From contig JAZDIV010000040.1 of assembly GCA_043804695.1 (NCBI GenBank), positions 1 through 47,483 of the forward strand: a stretch of DNA of 47,483 nucleotides, in the 5' to 3' direction. The notes below the pieces were generated by a model that was not told where the DNA came from, made no database searches, and saw only the letters and a list, made by a program, of their open reading frames with translations. The first letter of the stretch is position 1. The number at the start of each line of letters is the position of its first letter. The stretch comes from PVC group bacterium. Its GTDB lineage: Bacteria > Auribacterota > Erginobacteria > Erginobacterales > Erginobacteraceae. Of the stretch, positions 46,731 through 47,483 are shown piece after piece. The position numbers were made by a program, and so were the translations under genes.

Positions 46731-47483
46731 CGGAACTGAAATAACCCTGGAAGGTCCCATTCCTGTTCCGTTCCCAGTGTCATATTCTATTCTTTGCACG
46801 CTCGCCGTCAAGGGCGAATCACTGGGGGATGGCGCTATTTGCCCGAGGTGCCGGGCCACAGGCCACCTGTTTTTTACGGATTCCCGGGTTGCCCGGAACA
46901 TTATCTGGTACGGAAAAGATGGCAAACTTGTTTACGAGGAGATCAAAGTCCCTTTAGCCTGCTGCCGGAATTGCCCGGGCCGATTCCGCGTTCTGCCTGT
47001 AGAGATCGTACCTCGCAAAATCTTTTCCCTGCCGGTAATCGAAGATACTTGCCGAGTTTATGTACAGCCGGACCCGGATGGTCCAGGGCTCCGGAAATTT
47101 GTTGATAGTCTGAGTGGAGGCCATCCCAATTATTCCACACTGTACCGCTGGACGGAAGGGTTGGGAGAACGGGTCCTGGACCGGTTCCAACCTGGAGCCA
47201 AAAAGGCGTCTTTTTCTGAACTATGGTTACCCTCATCTGCTCTGGTCTCCGAGAGCGCGAAGAAGATCAACCCCGCCATCCGGGACCGGTGGAATCGCTC
47301 CTTTAAAATCCCCGCCTGGAAGTATCATAGTTCCAGGCGTCGCGACCAGCTTCAAGCCTGCGCCCGGCTGTTTGATTGTGCCTCTTTTCTCTTCCCGGAG
47401 GAACCCCATCCCCTGACCGTCTGGCAGGGAAAAATCATCGAGTACTTCCATGTGGCGGGGTGGTGGTTCCCCACCGGTTATAC
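46723..47483 (+). CDS. Partial ORF running off the window: Zn-finger plus HTH protein, DUF6431-like, transposon-associated
   Basis: Translated by hand: open from 46714 to the window end, with CPRC...CCRNCPGRFRVLPVEIVPRK...HPNYSTLYRW. Start GTG 46723 or 46777. Confidence 0.65.
   Translation, partial: MAPGTEITLEGPIPVPFPVSYSILCTLAVKGESLGDGAICPRCRATGHLFFTDSRVARNIIWYGKDGKLVYEEIKVPLACCRNCPGRFRVLPVEIVPRKIFSLPVIEDTCRVYVQPDPDGPGLRKFVDSLSGGHPNYSTLYRWTEGLGERVLDRFQPGAKKASFSELWLPSSALVSESAKKINPAIRDRWNRSFKIPAWKYHSSRRRDQLQACARLFDCASFLFPEEPHPLTVWQGKIIEYFHVAGWWFPTGY

Overview
High-GC bacterial chromosomal window with about 33 genes and no rRNA, tRNA or true CRISPR array that I can support. The six-copy FRPxxGLWAxRxxTRxYFG repeat module resembles surface proteins I associate with PVC-related candidate phyla such as Auribacterota, but this is inference only. 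Gene content, in order: three cell-surface genes (FG-GAP repeat protein, Ig-repeat protein, GT-C glycosyltransferase), C1 peptidase, nucleotide-sugar dehydrogenase, SEC-C map, creBC, an aryl-sulfate sulfotransferase-like gene, arfB-rlmN, several membrane and lipid genes, an amino-sugar cluster, acyl-CoA ligase, a frameshifted GT39-like gene, M48 protease, a PAS hybrid kinase, an FG-GAP/GH-A hydrolase, rlmI, a half acetolactate decarboxylase, and the probable edge of a mobile element. Best leads: (1) the 27.0-34.2 kb amino-sugar cluster (glmM, divergent nagB, GlmU homolog with only the beta-helix half, 766-aa YvcK/GlmR, wHTH-Pol-beta nucleotidyltransferase), possibly a split, non-canonical UDP-GlcNAc route; (2) four perfectly phased cre-tag TTCAC repeats in front of a non-creD membrane protein plus B12 radical SAM operon; (3) a 68-bp hairpin array enclosed by a 10-bp inverted repeat, next to an unlisted Zn-finger/HTH transposon-type ORF; (4) a dispersed intergenic element with a conserved backbone and swapped hairpins.
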